Assembly: GCF_000143415.4 (NCBI RefSeq)
Contig: NW_003314302.1
Coordinates: 578,258 to 642,257 of the forward strand
Direction of reading: 5' to 3'
Length of the DNA: 64,000 bases
Source of the DNA: Selaginella moellendorffii
Lineage: Eukaryota; Plantae; Lycopodiophyta
Under the pieces are notes generated by a model, which saw only the letters and a list, made by a program, of their open reading frames with translations, did not search any database and was not told the DNA's origin. Shown here one piece after another: positions 48,246 to 60,041 of the stretch; the stretch's first letter is position 1; the number at the start of each line of letters is the position of its first letter. The position numbers and the translations under genes are program-made.

Positions 48246-51200
48246 AGTTGCTTTTTTCTGGGAACCTCTTTCCCATAACTTTAGTATGGCATATTCTGCT
48301 ATCAATGAAAAACCCACTATTCTTACACTTAGATTTTATGATCCTCTCCATCCTTTATGGGGTACAACACACCTCAGTTCAAATGCTTCTAATAGTCCTC
48401 TAGGACCATTTCTTGACTCCACTCGAGTCATCTAGCTTTTTGGACTTCACCAATCCGACGACCTATAAGGTCCCATTTCTGAGGTGCCAGCCCATTAGAA
48501 TACAGTTTTGTGTATTCATATCTTACTCACAAGGACCATCTTTCCAAGTGTTGCTCTAACACTTGATTATTCCTCGTTTTCTATGGGCTACTCTCACTTT
48601 TTAGGACTATCCATCCATATGATGAGAATACCGACTCATCCTCTGAACACTAACTCCTTGGGTTTGTTCCAACATTTATAAAAGGTAGCCCCAGCTACCA
48701 CTTCAAGAACTCGTGTCCTCATCCATATTTGACCTCTCACAGTCATTAGTTCCGATCTTCAATTCATAAGTACCAACATTAACTATATGAGGATAATCTT
48801 GTTTTGGAGTCCCTATCTTTCCCGTGATCCCAACTATAGTTGTTTACCACAACTACATTAGCCAGTTTGCTAAGTTAAATGCTCATTTGGATCACATCCT
48901 CAACTCTCCGAGGAAACCCTTATACTGTTCCCAAGATCCCAATTATTGACCCTTATCTATCTACCACCTCATCTACAAGTTCACACATGAACTGTAGTGG
49001 AGAGCCATGTCTTCCCGACTTGCCACTCCCCAAGGATAGGCCCACTCCTAGGACCTTTTGATACTAACACCAGTGTGATATACTTGAACATCAATAAAAG
49101 TTGAACTAAGGAACAGATCTGATACCAAATTGTAAACGACTAAATTTTTCATTATACTTTAGTCACTTAACCACACCTTTAACCACTTGGAGGAGTCTCA
49201 CTCACAACCTTCATAAGTCCTATTTTGGACTTAAGGACTTGCTAGCCCCAAAAATGACATCCATGCCACTCAACCATTACACTTGGTCCAAGTGCTCCGC
49301 GTGTTCGATCCCATAACCGACCCCCCAAGGTACCACTAACATACCAGCCCGTTACACTAAGGCTATGCCTATTCACCTTGGTCACAACGGTGGTCCAACA
49401 CCATCTACATCATAGTCTCGTCTCTCAAAGACTGAACCATTTGTCTATGAGTGACCATCCTAAGTCCAAGCATCCTTAAGATGCCTATAGACATGGGGAA
49501 CAGTCTTCCCCAATATCCCTTTTACAATCCCCACAAAGTCCTTTTTCTGTCCATGGCCATATTTGCCAACACTACCACTAGGACAAGGCATATAGGCCTG
49601 ACTACTAAGTCCCACTGTCCTCTGGGACTTCCTCACCATATGACACTATCATTGGTCACTACACTAGAGGACCACTTTTCTTCCTTTCTATAGTCTGGGA
49701 CTTTGGGATAACATTTTGGAACATTGTGGCCCTACGTGAGCCTCATGGGTACTCTCCCCACCTTCTGCCTTTGGGTGCTCTAGCCATGGGCTTAAAGATA
49801 GGTTCCATTGAGCCACGCAAGGTATCCAAGTAGGTAGTGCTACCCACACTTGAACTGAGAGCATTGACCATTTGATTTCCCAAGGGAACTAGAGTCGGCT
49901 TTTGAACACTTCACCAAGGTACCTTGCTTGTCAGTCCATATTCACTCTAGCTTTGGACTTCCCAATGGTTATCCTATCACCCAACACTTGGGTATGGCCT
50001 TCCTGGGCCAAACTAACTTGTCCTGGCCAAATTGGCTCCACTGGAGTCCTCCCCCTACTATATTTTTGGAGCTCACCAAACCCCCCAGGGTCTGGGAGAT
50101 GAACGCTTTGGGCTTTCACCCTCGGACTCGAACTCAAACTCAGACTCGAACTCAAGCTCGGACTTAGACTTGGACTCGGGCTCGAACTTGAATTCAAACT
50201 TGGACTTGGCTTTGGCCTCAATCTTGGTCCCGGTCCCGATCTCAATCTCAGTCTTGACCTCGAATTCCATCTCAGGTCCTTCTCAGACTCCATCTCGGAT
50301 TCCATCTCGGGTCCACCTTGGACTCCATCTCGGGTCCATCTCAGACTCCATCTCGGACTCCATCTCAAGTCCATCTCATACTCTATCTTGGACTCCATCT
50401 CGGACTCCATCTCAGACCTTCCACGTATCTTGTGTTGGTCCTCCTGTGCCCCTTTTCTAGAGACTCACTTATTGCTCACTTTGTGTTTGTTTCTCAAGCA
50501 CTTCGTTAAGAGTTCCAATCTTGCTCTTGACCTTTCATGTCGGAGCTTTTAGTCCAAATCTGTTACGCTTGTTTGGCTTTCACTTCAGCCACTACCATGT
50601 GGCACCCTTTCGATTCTATTTTGGGGCTTAGGGATTTGTGTCTCACAACCTATAGATCTATTAATGCCTCCTTTTGATATTCCTCTAGATCCTAGCTCAT
50701 CCATGAGAGATCCCTAATAGTCTTCCATCATTCCAAGAGAAGGAGATGATATGAGGTTTAAATATATGGTTACGATGCTGTATATTAATATTGGTGTACT
50801 ATGATTTTGGTAGCTGTCGGATTGGTTTCAATCTGGACCACTCACTTTTATATATAAACTAGGGTTTTTGGGCTAATTGATATGCATATTTCTTGTATTG
50901 CCTTTTTATATTCCATACACTCATACTTTTAGTTTTTTATTTTTGCTTAACCAAACTTGCTATGGTAATATATTTTATTTTTTTTAAAATATTCTAAATT
51001 TGTTATTAATTTTAGATTAATCTAGGCATCTTTACGATATAATTGGGTGGCTCTGCTATTCAAGTATGGCTTTGGTTCAAAATTAAGGTTTCAAGTTTGG
51101 TTTGAGTATTTCACAACTATATTATAGAGTTGCAAATGGTTCATTAGAATTCTATAGTCAATTGATTTTTATATCATGATTTTGGGTTTCTTTTAGTCAT

Positions 51201-51359
51201 GGTTGTTAGCAACTACATTAGTAATTCTATAGGAGTTTCAAGTTTTTGTAATAGTTATATTTAACCAATAAGCTAATTATAGTATTATACCACAACTATC
51301 AATTTGGACTGAATCTAGCCCATCTATTCTTATGTATAAGTAGCAGGGGTTTAAGGCCT

Positions 51360-52090
51360 AATTAATATACCTATTTCCATATCCATATAAACATAATTAT
51401 AATTTATAAATAAAAAATTACTCTTATTGCATATCAGTAGAATAAACTTGAATATACTGGGAAGTATTTATAAAATTTATAAATTATAATACAAGATCAA
51501 TTTAATCAAATTATATGGTAAAAAATCCTAGAATAGCCAAGCATATATCTGTTTTAAAACCCAGCTTCTAAAGATAAAATAATTTGCAACGTGTTGCATG
51601 TAGTACACTTGATTTTCTTAATAGTGGTATTATTTCTACTTATTATTCTAATTGATCAAATAAAAATTTATAATTTATAAATACAAGATTAATTTTATTA
51701 TATATCAACTATTAGATGGTAAACTAAAAATAATATACTATAAAGTGTGTATGAAATTTTATAAATTATAAAAATGTTTATTTATTATAAATACAAGCTT
51801 AATCTAAATGAATTACAACCATTAGATGGTAGAATATCTTAGAATATCTAAGCATATTCTAAATATATCCACTACTATCCCATTCCTCTACAGATTTGTT
51901 TAATCAAACCAAGGAGAACATAGTAGAAAGTGTTTAAACAAGTTTATAAATTATAAAAACAAAATTAATCTAAATGAATAACAACCATTATATGGTAGAA
52001 TATCCTAGCATAACCCAATTTATTCTTAGTATATTCATTACCATCCTAATCCCCCTACTGTTTGCTTAAGCAAACCAAAATAAACTAATA
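51360..52090. repeat. AT-rich dispersed repeat, copy 2
   Basis: aatttgcaacgtgttgcatgtag...taattgatcaaataaaaatttataatttataaatacaagattaat and ggtagaatatcctag motifs shared with 7100-7570. Confidence 0.75.
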
Positions 52091-52721
52091 AAAAGTAAAA
52101 CGATTTAAGATTATAAACATTATAAAATGAATTAACCTAAAACATAATATGCTAAGAATATTTAAAACTCTCAACACAGCAAACCAAAAATAATGTTAAC
52201 ACAGTGAAGGTTAATGAAGACATAAGATTATTTTTTAATGACTATGCATTAAAAATAAGGAAATAATAATAATTTTTTTTAATGTATTTACTTAAAATTA
52301 AAATTTAAAATAGAATTACAAGTATGTTTTTGTATGTTTATTTCAATTATATTGATGTCACTATTTTAGTGTTAATCATATGATTTATAAGTTTTTATAG
52401 GAGAGGAGTTGAAAATATATTTTATTTGAAATAAAAAATTAATATTTAAATTTAAGTAATTACCTACTTTTACAAGAGTTTCCTGTTCTCACGGCTGGTA
52501 TGGTCGGCATTCCTGCCTTCCATTGCCCCAGATGGGATTTTCGAGCCAGGGGAATTAGATCGGTCGGGCCTAAAACCCGTGCTCTTCCGCTAGCAGTAGA
52601 TTCCAGCCAGGGGGATTGGATTGCATGCATTTTGTAAATAGGTTTTTGTATCATGTATCTAACTGAAATCTTTGTCAAAATAACATTTTAGGGTTCTTGC
52701 GGGTGTAGGGTTTTAGGATGA

Positions 52722-53954
52722 ATGAGGCGCGTCCTGGTGCTGCTGAAGCGAAGCGCATACGATCTCTACGTCGCGCGCCATCGGGATCCGGCATTCGTCA
52801 ACGGGAGCGCCGAAAAAACGAAGGTAGAGCCCGCGGATGTTTTCTTGCAAATCTATGGACATTGCGAGTAGGAATTCTAACTCTTCTTCTTCGTGCTTCT
52901 AATTCGCGACCTCCAGGTGGTTGAAAATCTTTTAGATCGGCACAGAGTACATGAATCCACGGTGCAGAAATGCAAGGATGTCCTTGCAAACATGTCCCTG
53001 TCCTGGGACTTGCTTCTTCGGGATGAGCTACACTCACCTATACGAAATGTGGACCTTGTTGTCACCGTGGGAGGGGATGGAACTTTGCTACAAGCGAGTC
53101 ACTACTTGGACGATTCCATTCCCGTTCTTGGAGTAAACTCGGATCCAACCAAGACCGACGAGGTTCGTGTGTGCCTAAAGTTTTAATCTAGTCAAGTTCT
53201 ATGCTAACTTTTTTTCATCTTTTTTTTTTCTTTGGCGTGGTTTTCTAAGGTGCAGGAGCAGCAGATGGAGGAGTTTGATGCTACACGAAGTCGAGGATAC
53301 TTCTGCGCTGCTACCAGCGAGGATTTCGAGCAGGTTTTTGATTCCTCCAAGCTTTCCACTCGGAAAAACAATGAAAGTTCTTTGTTTCAGGTGCTAGGCA
53401 AAGTCATCAGTGGCAAACTCCAACCAAAAACTCTACGGAGGATTTCTACTACAATCGATGGTACTTTGTTCTCGACTCCCGCTCTCAATGACGTTTTGCT
53501 CGCTCATCCAAATCCAGCTGCCGTGAGCCGATGCACTTTCAGGTTCGTGTTGTTACTTTTTTTCTTCTTTGTCTATGTTTTGACGTTGTTTGATTCCAGC
53601 GTCGTCAACCAGCAAACAAAGTCGGGGTCCTTGATACACTCTCGCTCCAGTGGCTTGCGCGTTTGCACGGCGGCTGGATCGACCGCCGCGACGCTCTCGG
53701 CTGGAGGATTTGCAATGCCGCTGGAATCGAAAGAGCTCCAGTACATGCTGAGAGAGCCGATCCTTCCACACCCCAAGCAGAAGAATCTGATGCACGGTTT
53801 CGTTGGCTCAACCGAGGCTATTCAAGTTACTTGGGGCTGTCGCCAGGGATCCATCTATTTTGATGGCGCTCACGTCTCGGCTCCCATCAAGTTTGGCACT
53901 GTCGTGACGATCTCGGCGAGTGGACCTCCTGTCAAAGTTTTCCTCGAGCAGTGA
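52722..53954 (+). CDS. NADK3: NAD(H) kinase, NADK3-type (NADH kinase), 5 exons
   Basis: Exons approx. 52722-52823, 52917-53162, 53250-53333, 53391-53542, 53600-53954. Motifs VGGDGT, VLGVNSDPT, FDATRSRGYFCAAT, ALND, SSGLRVCTAAGSTAA. Confidence 0.9.
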
Positions 53955-55416
53955 TCACAGAACTCAAGAACAGAAACGATCATCGTTTCAGTGACAACAT
54001 GCGGAGATTTCAAGCGAAGACTGACTTTATAATCTGATGATCGACCATCACTTGAAGCAAAAGCGAAAGGGAAAGCTAGATCGATCAAATGAAACTTTTT
54101 CGCTTCATCAATGTACATAGCTGGACGGTTTGATTGATAAAATCTTAAAACTACCAACTTTTGCGAGCTCCATTTAACCTCCAAGCTGTGACCTTGCAGC
54201 AGCCATTTTTACGCCATGGAAGCTATTAGAATGGTCCTTCTCCACCTTATCCCGCAATCTCTACAAGCAAAAACAACCACAATTATTTTTCTTTTTTACA
54301 GCCTATAAAATATAATATATATATATATTTTTGGATCAAGAAGAATGTTGGAAACAATAATTCATCCATATGAGAATGTCTTGCCTTTACAGGTAAAAAT
54401 TAACTGTCTTGTGCAATTGTGGGAGCTACTCCAGGGCATGATGCCTTGCAGGTAAAGGAAGATCACATGAATCACAGAGCGAATATGCCCACCACCTTTC
54501 TTTTGCCAAGAATAAAATATGTAAAAAGCGCAAGGGAATGTTTTGATGAATTTTGTTCTGGTATTCCAACCACCAGAATTGGCTTCCAAGGTTGGTACTT
54601 CATCATGATCAAAAAATTTTAATACAATGTGTTAGCTGTTATTGTCCAAACAATCATCCATCCGAGTTAAAGAGCACAGCGTTAGTTTTTTTTTACCTGT
54701 CCAGGCTGGAGCCGTACAGGTGCAGCGTTGGCAGGCGGTGACCACGACCGACAGGTGGCGCATGGATCTAGCGGCCAGCATGGCGCCACGCCAGCACGAC
54801 TCAGTCCCGGCCGTTGGATCGCCTGGCAAGCACTAGAGACAGGGAGCTTCTCACGGGGACCGCGCGGTGTACTGCGCGGGGAACTCGCGCAGTGTAGTTT
54901 TTTCACATGGAGCTCACCGCGCGGGGCCATTGTATTCTCTTCCTCTGTTCTAGGATTTTGGGCATTTCAATGGCGGAGTGGAAGAGCATGGCGCCGCGAA
55001 GAACAGGCGATGCCGAGGCGATGCCGCTCCAATGCGGATGGGAATGAGGTCGGTCTCCTGTCTTGCTCGATTCGATTCCTGGAAATCTTCGATTGCGCGC
55101 GTCGCAATCGCGGGATAATCCCAGGCCTGCATGCCAGGGCTTGGTGAAATTCCTCCTCAATCGACACAGGGATTCACTCTCTCTCTCGATTTTTCTTCCT
55201 TCCAGCGCAGGTCTCCCCCCCAGGACGGCATTGGAATGCCTGCGCGATACAATGCTGGAGCCATGGCGGCCAGCGATCTCCAGGCCAAGAGGAGCCGCCG
55301 GCTAGCCGCCCGATTGGAAGGGGAGCGCCATGAGTTTCACGAAGAGCGGCAAAGGTTAGCGTCTCAGTAGCTCCATCAATCGTAGCTGGGCAACGTAGGG
55401 GGGAATTTTATAATTA

Positions 55417-56532
55417 ATGGCAGGGAAGGGAAGAAGAGATAGAAATGGAAGAAGGAAGCGATCAGAAGAGCTGGGCAGAGTGGCAGCCAAATACTCAGCG
55501 GTGGCAGCTCTACTGGCGCTACTCACATTGATCGTCACACCCGCGACTGGCCGAGAGCTCCAAGACGATGATCCATCGCGGAAGGATTTTTCTCATTGGA
55601 AACTCTTGGAGGACAACGAGAACGTCGTCAAGGAAGAAGTGGAAGATAAGTTGGCCGACTTGGACAGGATCCTCCAGAGCAGCGCCTTCGCTTCATTCGG
55701 CCACCCGGTAGTCACAGGCCAAATCTACGACGTCTCGGTGAGGAATTCCTCGCTGAGCTCGCGGGTGATGGTGAGGACGGTCAGGCTCAAGATGGGAAGC
55801 TTGGTTCATCGCGGTTTCACTCTCGAGGAGTTTAGCATTCCAACGCGGGCGGGGCCATTCGGGGTGGCGAGGATAGTTCTCGTCTACCGACGATTCATCG
55901 GCAAGCTCTACGAGCCCAGGGATCTGATCATCGTTTCTCCGGTTCTCGGGATCAAAGTCTACGACGCAGTGAATCTCTCGGCGACCAACGCTCCCGAGCT
56001 GGATTTCGTTTCGAGAGGCCTGGACAACGTCACCGTCCGGATCCCAGTCTCCAGAACCGACGTCACCGGCGTTCCTCAGTGCGCCACCTTTGACGCGCTT
56101 GGAAACGTTTCCGTGAGCAGCGTGACGAGCTCCTCATCGCCGGGAGCGTCCTCGTACGTGTGTTCTTCCAGAAACTTGGGAGACTTCGCGCTGGTGGTGC
56201 CACTGGGATCGATTGCTCCGGCTTCCGGCCCGGCCGCCGCTCCACTGCCGCTAGCTGCTTCGCCGCCACCACCCGGAAGATCTCGGCGGCGGAGGTCGAG
56301 GAAGTGGAGGGTGATCCTGGGAGCTGTTCTTGGCAGCGTCGCGGGGCTGGTTTTGCTGGGCTTGATCGCCGTGGCCGCGACGAGGTACCGCAGGAAATCG
56401 AAGCTCTCGAAAATGGAGCAGCACTCCGATCGAGGAGAGATGCTCCAGACGTCGCTCATCGGTGGAAGCAGGGCGCCGATCGCTGGTGCTTCTCGTACCA
56501 GGCCAGTGCTGGAATCCGACTACGCTGCTTGA
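55417..56532 (+). CDS. DUF1191-family type I membrane protein
   Basis: Signal-like N-terminus; GQIYDV, VRLKMGSL..RG..EFSIP, RIVLVY, SPVLG..YDA.NLSAT; Pro-rich linker, TM helix, C-terminal APIAGASRTRPVLESDY. Confidence 0.85.
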   Translation: MAGKGRRDRNGRRKRSEELGRVAAKYSAVAALLALLTLIVTPATGRELQDDDPSRKDFSHWKLLEDNENVVKEEVEDKLADLDRILQSSAFASFGHPVVTGQIYDVSVRNSSLSSRVMVRTVRLKMGSLVHRGFTLEEFSIPTRAGPFGVARIVLVYRRFIGKLYEPRDLIIVSPVLGIKVYDAVNLSATNAPELDFVSRGLDNVTVRIPVSRTDVTGVPQCATFDALGNVSVSSVTSSSSPGASSYVCSSRNLGDFALVVPLGSIAPASGPAAAPLPLAASPPPPGRSRRRRSRKWRVILGAVLGSVAGLVLLGLIAVAATRYRRKSKLSKMEQHSDRGEMLQTSLIGGSRAPIAGASRTRPVLESDYAA

Positions 56533-56733
56533 TCCTGATCGATCGATCCAATCGCGAAGAAAAAGAGTGTCAGTTCCTGATGATCCAGCTCCCTCATCGA
56601 TCCTTCTGATTTTTTTGTGCTTTGTTCTTCTCTTCACGAATTTGTTTCTATATGTATTGACTATCTTGTGTGTTCCAAGCGAATAAGACTGGGTTCCATT
56701 TCATTTGATGGTATTCTAGGGTTTATCCAAGAA

Positions 56734-59061
56734 ATGCTCGATGCCGGGAGCAATCTCGATCGATTCGAGCAGCGGAGTCTCCATCTCGGCAACAAATCGG
56801 TGAGCATCCACGGCAGGAGTGGAAATGTGGCCGGCGCGCGCGAGGTCTTCGATCGCATGCCGTGGCGCAGCGTCGTTTCTTGGAATTCCTTGATGCTGAG
56901 CTACGCCGAGAATATGAGAGGGGAGATCGCGCTGGAAATCTTCCACAGGATGAAGATCGAGGGCGGCGAGCCGGATTCTCATAGCTTTGTGGCCGCGATC
57001 AAGGCGTGTGGCAGTGTGATTGATCCGGAATCGATGGCGCGAGGGTTGAATCTCCACAGCGAGGCGATCGAGATCGGCTGGGACTCCAACACTTTTGTGG
57101 CGACGAGCTTGATCAACATGTATGGGAGATTGAAGAGGTTGGATCACGCGAGACGGGTACTCGAGGCCATGGATCCAGGGAAAAGAAACGTTGTGGCGTG
57201 GAACACACTGATTCTTCGCTACGCTGAGAATGGCGATGGAGAGCTCGCATTGGAGCTCTTCGATCGGATGAGAAACGAAGAAAGCTGCGGTCCAGATGCT
57301 CGAACTTTCGCTGCTGCTGCCAAGGCTTGTGCTGCCATCGCCACGACAGGAAAATTCAATAGCGAGAAGAAGAAGAAGATTAATTTCATCGATGGAGAGC
57401 TCGTGAAGAGGGGCATGGAGATCCACGAGCTGGCTTCCAAGCGTGGCTTGGACACCGACACCTACGTTGGAAACTCTCTGGTAAATATGTATGTCAAGTT
57501 TGAGAAACTTGTGGAAGCTAAGCGTGTGTTTGACAGGATTTCTCATCGCAGCGTCGTCTCTTGGAACTCTCTTCTTCTCGGGTATGCTCAGAGTGCTAGT
57601 CACAGCGGCTTGGCCTTGGATCTCTTGGGAAAAATGCTAGCACGGGGAACTCGAGGCTGCCAGCCGGATGGCCGGACTTTCGTTGCTGCGGCTCGAGCAT
57701 GCGCTTGTCTTGCCGACAGAGAAGGCCAGACTCGAGTCGGGGACAAGCTGATGAAGATCACGTCCTTGGAGCAGGGAATGTTTTTTCATTCTCGCGCAGC
57801 CACAAGTTTACGTGACGGTGAGGTCGACATCTTCGTGGCAAGCTCTCTGGTGGACATGTACATGAAGTGTGGGAGTCCGCAGGATGCCAGACACGTCTTT
57901 GACAGGATGCCGCAGCGTAGTGTGGTTTCCTGGACAGTTTTGATGGCGGGGTACGTCGAGAATGGGGAAGCCGAGCTGGCTTTGGAGGTTTTTACGCTCA
58001 TGCAAGCAGAAGCGGCCGAGGAAGTGGTTCCAGCGGCATTTGTTCCGGCAGCCAAGGCTTGCACTGTTCTAGCGGCCAGAGAAGTTCCAAAAGAAGTCGA
58101 TGGAAGAAGAAGGCCTGTGAAGATGAAGTCGCTGGAGATGGGAATGGCGATTCATTCCCGGGCCGGAGAAGCTGAGACCGACGATTTCCTCGCGAGCGCT
58201 CTCATCGACATGTACTCCAAGTGCGCGAGCGTGGTGGACGCCTTGAAAGTTTTCGACAAGATGGTCCACCGCGACGTGGCGTCGTGGAATGCGTTAATTC
58301 TGGCCTGCGCTGACAACGAGCAAGACGAGCTTGGTTTGGAGCTACTCCGGCTCATGCAGGATGGTGGCGACTGCGCACCAAACTCTCGAACCTTCGCTGC
58401 TGCGCTCAAGGCCTGTGGTAATTCTCTCCTGAAGTGCAAGGCTCTAACAGCAGTTCTTGCAGAAACTTTCAGACATACCAGCAGTGGTCCTGGCCCTGGG
58501 AGCGATTGTTTTCTAGATGCTGCTCTCGTCGACGCTTGTAGCAAATGTGGGAGTATGCTCGGCGCTCAACAGGTATTTGATTCAATCTCTAAGCCGGACT
58601 TGGTTATCTGGAATGCGTTGATCGCAGGATACAGTCGTCAAGGAGATGCCGCGCGCGTTTTTCGTCTCTTCCATCAGATGCAAGACGAAGGCATACGAGC
58701 GGACGAGGCCACCTTTGTGGCTCTCCTCACGGCATGCAGCCATGCCGGGCTGGTCGAGCGAAGCAAAAAGTATTTCGGCGAGATGCGCACAAGGTATGGT
58801 GTGAATCCTGGTCGCGAGCATTGCAGTTGCATGGTCGATATACTTTGCAGAGCTGATGAACTGGACGACGCTGTGGCCATGGCCGAGTCCATGCCTCGTG
58901 AAGGAGGAGTGAGTGCTGTGGCATGGATGGGAGTTTTAAGTGCCTGCTCCAAGTCTGGAAACGTTGCTCTGGGAAGGCTGGCATTCGACGCGTTGTTGAA
59001 AATGGACAAAGCCGGCGACGCAGCTTACCAGATGATGGCAAGCTTATATGAAAGAAGGTAA
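56734..59061 (+). CDS. PLS-class PPR protein with E domain, no DYW (organellar RNA-editing factor type)
   Basis: Repeated P-L-S triplets (VVSWNSL..YA.NG, TF.AA.KAC, FVA.SL.DMY.KCG), LLTACSHAGLV, HCSCMVDILCRA, E motif ending YQMMASLY; intronless. Confidence 0.92.
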   Translation: MLDAGSNLDRFEQRSLHLGNKSVSIHGRSGNVAGAREVFDRMPWRSVVSWNSLMLSYAENMRGEIALEIFHRMKIEGGEPDSHSFVAAIKACGSVIDPESMARGLNLHSEAIEIGWDSNTFVATSLINMYGRLKRLDHARRVLEAMDPGKRNVVAWNTLILRYAENGDGELALELFDRMRNEESCGPDARTFAAAAKACAAIATTGKFNSEKKKKINFIDGELVKRGMEIHELASKRGLDTDTYVGNSLVNMYVKFEKLVEAKRVFDRISHRSVVSWNSLLLGYAQSASHSGLALDLLGKMLARGTRGCQPDGRTFVAAARACACLADREGQTRVGDKLMKITSLEQGMFFHSRAATSLRDGEVDIFVASSLVDMYMKCGSPQDARHVFDRMPQRSVVSWTVLMAGYVENGEAELALEVFTLMQAEAAEEVVPAAFVPAAKACTVLAAREVPKEVDGRRRPVKMKSLEMGMAIHSRAGEAETDDFLASALIDMYSKCASVVDALKVFDKMVHRDVASWNALILACADNEQDELGLELLRLMQDGGDCAPNSRTFAAALKACGNSLLKCKALTAVLAETFRHTSSGPGPGSDCFLDAALVDACSKCGSMLGAQQVFDSISKPDLVIWNALIAGYSRQGDAARVFRLFHQMQDEGIRADEATFVALLTACSHAGLVERSKKYFGEMRTRYGVNPGREHCSCMVDILCRADELDDAVAMAESMPREGGVSAVAWMGVLSACSKSGNVALGRLAFDALLKMDKAGDAAYQMMASLYERR

Positions 59062-59169
59062 GAACTTGGAAATCTTCTAGACGATGCTCAAGCAAGCCTT
59101 GATCAGGACCGCTATGGAGCTCTTTCTTTCCAGCAGTTCTTGCAGAAGTGCCGAGATTGTCGCGCTCTA

Positions 59170-59970
59170 TCACAAGTCCGGAAAAAAGTGGACGGTCGCA
59201 ACTAGCAGCACGCGATTGAAACTCTCCGCTGGAATCATCCAAACGTTTTCTCTCCCATTTGGATCCTGGAAGAAGGTATCGATCGATAGATCGACCAAGC
59301 AAACAAATGGAATTTTGTTTACCTTAACAGGCCGTGCGGTGGTAAGAACCAAGTCGACCTCGTACTTTCTTTTCTCCGGCCCAAATCCAGCACTGGACTT
59401 GCATTGCTCTGGATCAGTGCTGAAGAAGCTCGCGAGCAAGGCCTTGCGATCTATCCCATCCCTGATGTAACGCATGCTCTCATCCCTGTTTGATCCAAGG
59501 AAGAGATACGTGAATGGACCATCTTGCCTGTCCGGCAGTATGTTATCCACGGTGGCTGTGCTAGAGAAAAAGAATTGAGGGAGAAGGATCAAAGAATTCC
59601 AGAAGCATACCATACCTCTCCGCGTGAGCACTGATCTCGCGATGGATTCCGACCGGCAATGCGCTACGAATCGGCGAAATATTTCCATGAGCGAGGGGTT
59701 GAAGAGGATCTTGTCCGGCTGCGCAATCTGCCAGCGGCTATGGCGGAGCATGCGATCGATGGACTGCATCACGAACGCCGGGTGGATTAAGGAGCGAACG
59801 AGCGGCTCGACTGGAGATACAGGCGCCGGCATCGCGATCGCGTAATTCGTCGTCTCCGCCTGGAACGATCTCGATCGAAAACAATAGAAAAAGCAAGAAA
59901 GAAAAGATTTCGTGCAAGGATAGAAATCTTGCTCGCTCACCGCGGAAGAGTTTATCGCCATCACAGGCAT
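59170..59970 (-). CDS. Unknown protein, possibly a degenerate PARP/ADP-ribosyltransferase fold; 4 exons
   Basis: Plausible GT-AG introns 59860-59940, 59556-59615, 59266-59322. Motif order ILFNPSLMEIF / YLFLGS..IRDGID / FFSTDP..S / VWMIP..RVLLVATVHF. Confidence 0.5.
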   Translation of the reverse strand: MPVMAINSSAVSEQDFYPCTKSFLSCFFYCFRSRSFQAETTNYAIAMPAPVSPVEPLVRSLIHPAFVMQSIDRMLRHSRWQIAQPDKILFNPSLMEIFRRFVAHCRSESIARSVLTRRGMVCFWNSLILLPQFFFSSTATVDNILPDRQDGPFTYLFLGSNRDESMRYIRDGIDRKALLASFFSTDPEQCKSSAGFGPEKRKYEVDLVLTTARPVKVNKIPFVCLVDLSIDTFFQDPNGRENVWMIPAESFNRVLLVATVHFFPDL

Positions 59971-60041
59971 TGCTCCATCGCTGCCAAGCTAGGTCTTGTG
60001 CGATGAATATTTCTCCCGCGGATTCTTTGAGCAAGGAAATC

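Larger units (their letters stand above)
14949..50647 (-). mobile_element. Element B: non-coding LTR retrotransposon (about 6.3 kb of own sequence) expanded to 35.7 kb by five nested insertions
   Basis: TSD ACCTA at 14944-14948 and 50648-50652. 5' LTR 49131-50647 with PBS TGGTATCAGA; 3' LTR 14949-~22128, interrupted and partly deleted. No intact ORF in its internal pieces. Confidence 0.85.

Noticed and set aside
54630-55400. Additional gene in the GC-rich block upstream of DUF1191
   Set aside because: Some minus-strand splice-like signals, but no coherent frame or recognisable domain.
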